From Pocillopora damicornis (lineage: Eukaryota): a stretch of DNA of 64,000 nt. The notes under the pieces were generated by a model. The model saw only the letters and a program-made list of their open reading frames with translations, did not search any database and was not told the DNA's origin. Position 1 is the stretch's first letter; the number at the start of each line of letters is the position of its first letter. This document shows positions 60,480 through 64,000 of this stretch, in pieces. The DNA is taken from assembly GCF_003704095.1 (NCBI RefSeq), contig NW_020846127.1, positions 1 to 64,000 of the forward strand, read 5' to 3'. A program made the translations under genes and the position numbers.

Positions 60480-62610
60480 ACTGAAAGTTCACTGACTGAC
60501 AAACTGACTGACCAGCTAACTGACAAACAAAAAGACTTACTGACTGACTGTCCTATTGACTGATGGACTTACTGAGATAGAGACTGATTGACTGACTGGT
60601 TATATGAATGAAAAACTGACTGACTGACTGGCTAGCTGACTGACTGACTGATAGACTGGCTTACTGATAGAGTGATTGCCTGACTGACTGACTGACAAAC
60701 TGAAAGACTTGCGTGCACTGACTAGCTAGCTGACTGACTGAATTACTGGCTCAATGGCAGGCTGAAAGACTGGCTAACTGACAGACTCACAGACAGACTG
60801 ACACACTGAATGACAGACAAACTGATGGACTGATAGTCTCACTGACTGAGTAACAGATAGACAGACTGAAGGACTGACTTTCTGACTGACAGACTAAATG
60901 ATGGACTTACTAGCATACCAAAAGATTGACTTACAGACAGACAGAGTGATGGGTGACAAGCTGACTGGCTGGCTGACTGGCTGATGATCAGTTGCTCAGC
61001 CTGTTAGGGAAACATTTAGATGGACAGTCAGTGGCTTCACTGATTGTGAGCCATGCACATAGGGTATAGATGGAACAGCATCAAATAGCAGTTTCTATAC
61101 TTCAATTTGTCAACTGTTACAAAATATATTGGAGGTGCCAAGACCTTGAATCCACAATAATAAGTACTCATTCAATAATGAAATTAATAGTTTATTATTT
61201 GAGTGATGGTCTGCCTCAAAGTGACTCACTGACCTACATGTACCTTTTGTACAACATACCCCAGAACATGTTTGCTACAGTTCAGCTAAAGATCCAGAAA
61301 ATTCTTCAAGGTTGTAGGAAATACAGAAACTTTACTTGGATGGAGAAAAAATTGAAATTTTAATAGAAAATGTTTGAAAAATTGAAATCATAGCACCACA
61401 ATGCATCCAGTTGTCATTGTTTTTATTGAGGCCACAATTTTGTTGCCAGGTGCTATTGCTCTGGTAAATAACTGACTAACGTGTAGACTCGCCGATAGAC
61501 TAACTGACCCAATTGATAAACTGGATGACTGACTGTTAGAATACTGACAGAATGACTTATTACATGTAGTTTAAGAAACTAACTAACTAAATGACTGACT
61601 CAAATAATCAGTTAATGGAATGGCTGACTTGTCAATAGACTCACTGACACATTGACAAGGTGAATAAATGACTTAAAGATTGACTGAATCAATGAATACC
61701 TGAATGAATGACTCACCTACAAACTCAATTGGTTGCTGACTGTCTTAGGGATTGATGAATAATTGACTGCCTGACTACCTGACTCATTCATTGACTGACT
61801 GACTCATATGTTGACTGACTGTTGGACTAAAGGGGTAAGGCTTACTTACTGAGGTACTTACTGGCTGACTGATTGACTAGCTGACTGACTGATTGACATA
61901 CTGGCAGGCTGATTGTCTTATTGACTGAGTGGCTGACTGACTGACTGACTGACTGACAGACTAACTGACTGACTAATTGACTGGCTGACTGACTGACTGA
62001 CTGAGGTACTTACTGGCTGACTGATTGACTAGCTGACTGACTGACTGATTGACATACTGGCAAGCTGATTGTCTTATTGACTAAGTGGCTGACTGACTGA
62101 GTTACTGCCTGACTGATTAATTAACTGACTGACTGGCTGACCAACTGACTGAGTTACTTAGTGGCTGACTGATTGACTAACTGACTGACTGATTGACATA
62201 CTGGAAAGCAGATTGTCTTATTGACTGAGTGGCTGACTGACTGAGTTACTGCCTGACTGATTAATCAACTGACTGACTGGCTGACCAACCGACTGAGTTA
62301 CTTAGTGGCTGACTGATTGATTAACTGACTGACTGACTGACAGACAAACTTACTGGCAGACTGATTTCTTATTGACTCACTGGCTGACTGACTGAGTTAC
62401 TTGCTGCCATACTGATTGTTTCACTGACTGACTGAGTTACTTAGTGGCTGACTGATTGATTAACCAACTGACTGAGTTACTTAGTGGCTGGCTGATTGAC
62501 CAACTGACTGAATGGTTGACTGACTAATTCATGTAATGAATGACTACTGAATGAATAAGAGAACAGAACAAAAACTTACTAATTAAATTACCTCCTCTCA
62601 GATTGACTTT
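60480..62610 (+). repeat. Degenerate (ACTG)n simple repeat with higher-order minisatellite units
   Basis: Dense gactgactga runs at ~60490-60985 and ~61470-62610. A longer unit (tacttactggctgactgattgactagctgactgactgattgacatactgg...gattgtcttattgactgagtggctg) recurs at ~61855, 62007 and 62154. Confidence 0.9.
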
Positions 62611-64000
62611 CTGACTGATGACTGTCCAGGTGGCTATAACTATTTGACATCTGGTTGGAAAACTAATTCACAAACTTACTTGCAACCAGATAACTTTGGT
62701 CACACATAAGTGTGCTACAAAGCTGTTTAAAACTTGGGTAATTCTCAAGAATTTAAACTGAAGAACAAAATGAGATGCAGGTAACCAGACATGTTCATGG
62801 GTTTGTATGAGCACCTGGTTTCCTAGCAGTTCTCTAATCTCGTGTGCCTTTCTTTGTGACACACTGCATGTCTGGGTTATTTACTACAGTCAAACATCCT
62901 TGTTAAGGTAGCCAAAACAAACATCCTTATGATGTGAATCCATTCTATGTGACACACTAAGGAAAGTCCTTATGTTGTGTTATGTGGATAATTCAACCTC
63001 TTAAGAGGATCTGATGATGAGTAAGTTTTGTTAAACCTCTCCTGGTTATCCTCCTTTAAATTTGAGTAAAATCTTGACAACTTATTCTCCAAAAAGCCTC
63101 TGAAACATGTATTTAATATTGCAGCAGGAAGTCTCCAATTTATTTCAAGTTTTTCACTCCGTGAAGGTCATTAAAATAAACAATAACCCAATTCGTAGAG
63201 TTACTGTGTTTAACCAAATTATCTTATTGCTGCGTTTCAATCACCTTGTGTGACAAAACTGACTGAATTCTTTGTAACAAATGAACTGCAGTAGATTTTC
63301 ATTTTCTTAAAAATATTTTAGGACTAGGGACATTAAAATTTCTGGTCAATTATCGACGGAATGACTGAAATTCATATTTTCAATAGATTGCGCGTCAGAG
63401 TGACGTTGTGTGACTAAATTATGTAACACGCGTTGTGTGACCGTAAATAGGAGACAAAACGTATCGAACAATTAGAACAAATGTGAACTATTTTGGGCAA
63501 TATCTAACTTACTTTTGAAAAATTTAGGGTCCGTTTCACAGCCGATCAAGTTTCATGAGGATCTCAAAACGTTGAAAAGAAGCAAAGATTTAAAAGTTTC
63601 GACTTTTAAATAAGAAATGCGTGTAAAATGACAAGAAAAATTTGCATACTTGTTTTGATTTCAAGTTCTTTTAGTTCTTTTTCTTCAAAATTAAAACTTG
63701 ACTACGATGCTGCTGCAATCTTGAATGTATATTTCCTGTTAAAGTCAAACGCACTGGGAAACTATATGGGGAACGTATTTCCGTGACAGTATTTTAAAGT
63801 CTTTGCAAAACTTTGGCTTATTATTGTGAGTTTATCTGGTTCACTTTTAAATGGTTGGATTGTAAAGTAAAGCAACACAGAAATGAATATGACAATATTT
63901 TATTGATGAAATAAAATTGTCTGTCTTGTCCATCACTTTATTTCAGGAAAAAAAAAATCAATAAATTATTCCAACTTTAGAATCCTGGTAAGTGCTATCT

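Noticed and set aside
60480-62610. TGA-rich region as a poly-Sec coding sequence or CRISPR-like array
   Set aside because: 4-bp periodic simple repeat with stops of all types in all frames, no unique spacers, and a eukaryotic context.
62903-62916. TTAAGGTAGCCAAA, identical to the 28S rRNA R2 target site; nearby C/D-box-like motifs at 62929-63014
   Set aside because: Only a 14-nt match, with no flanking rRNA or R2 sequence and no correctly placed D box for a guide on the antisense strand.

Overview
AT-rich, intron-containing animal genomic DNA. The cnidarian-type opsin and the abundant ~210-bp TTAA-flanked MITEs suggest an anthozoan, probably a stony coral (inference). Gene order: three intronless EF-hand paralogs; PIGG(-) head-to-head with KRI1(+); an orphan coiled-coil/Cys-rich ORF(+); a selenoprotein-P-like gene B(-); an intronless opsin(-); a selenoprotein P gene A(-); a ParB/Srx-like + C2H2 gene(-); CLCC1(+); UROD(-) head-to-head with ATP5F1D(+); an (ACTG)n-derived satellite. 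The main finding is missed by the ORF track. Gene B (28870->27230) reads as a secreted SelP_N-fold protein with six in-frame UGA codons in its first exon (signal peptide-L-U-R-U-R-U ... S-A-U-R-Q-R-V-U-U-Q-A-D-C) and two tandem SECIS hairpins downstream. Its paralog A has a single UxxC and one SECIS. This would be a poly-selenocysteine SelP whose Sec residues cluster at the N-terminus rather than in a C-terminal tail. All exon boundaries and RNA folds were derived by hand.
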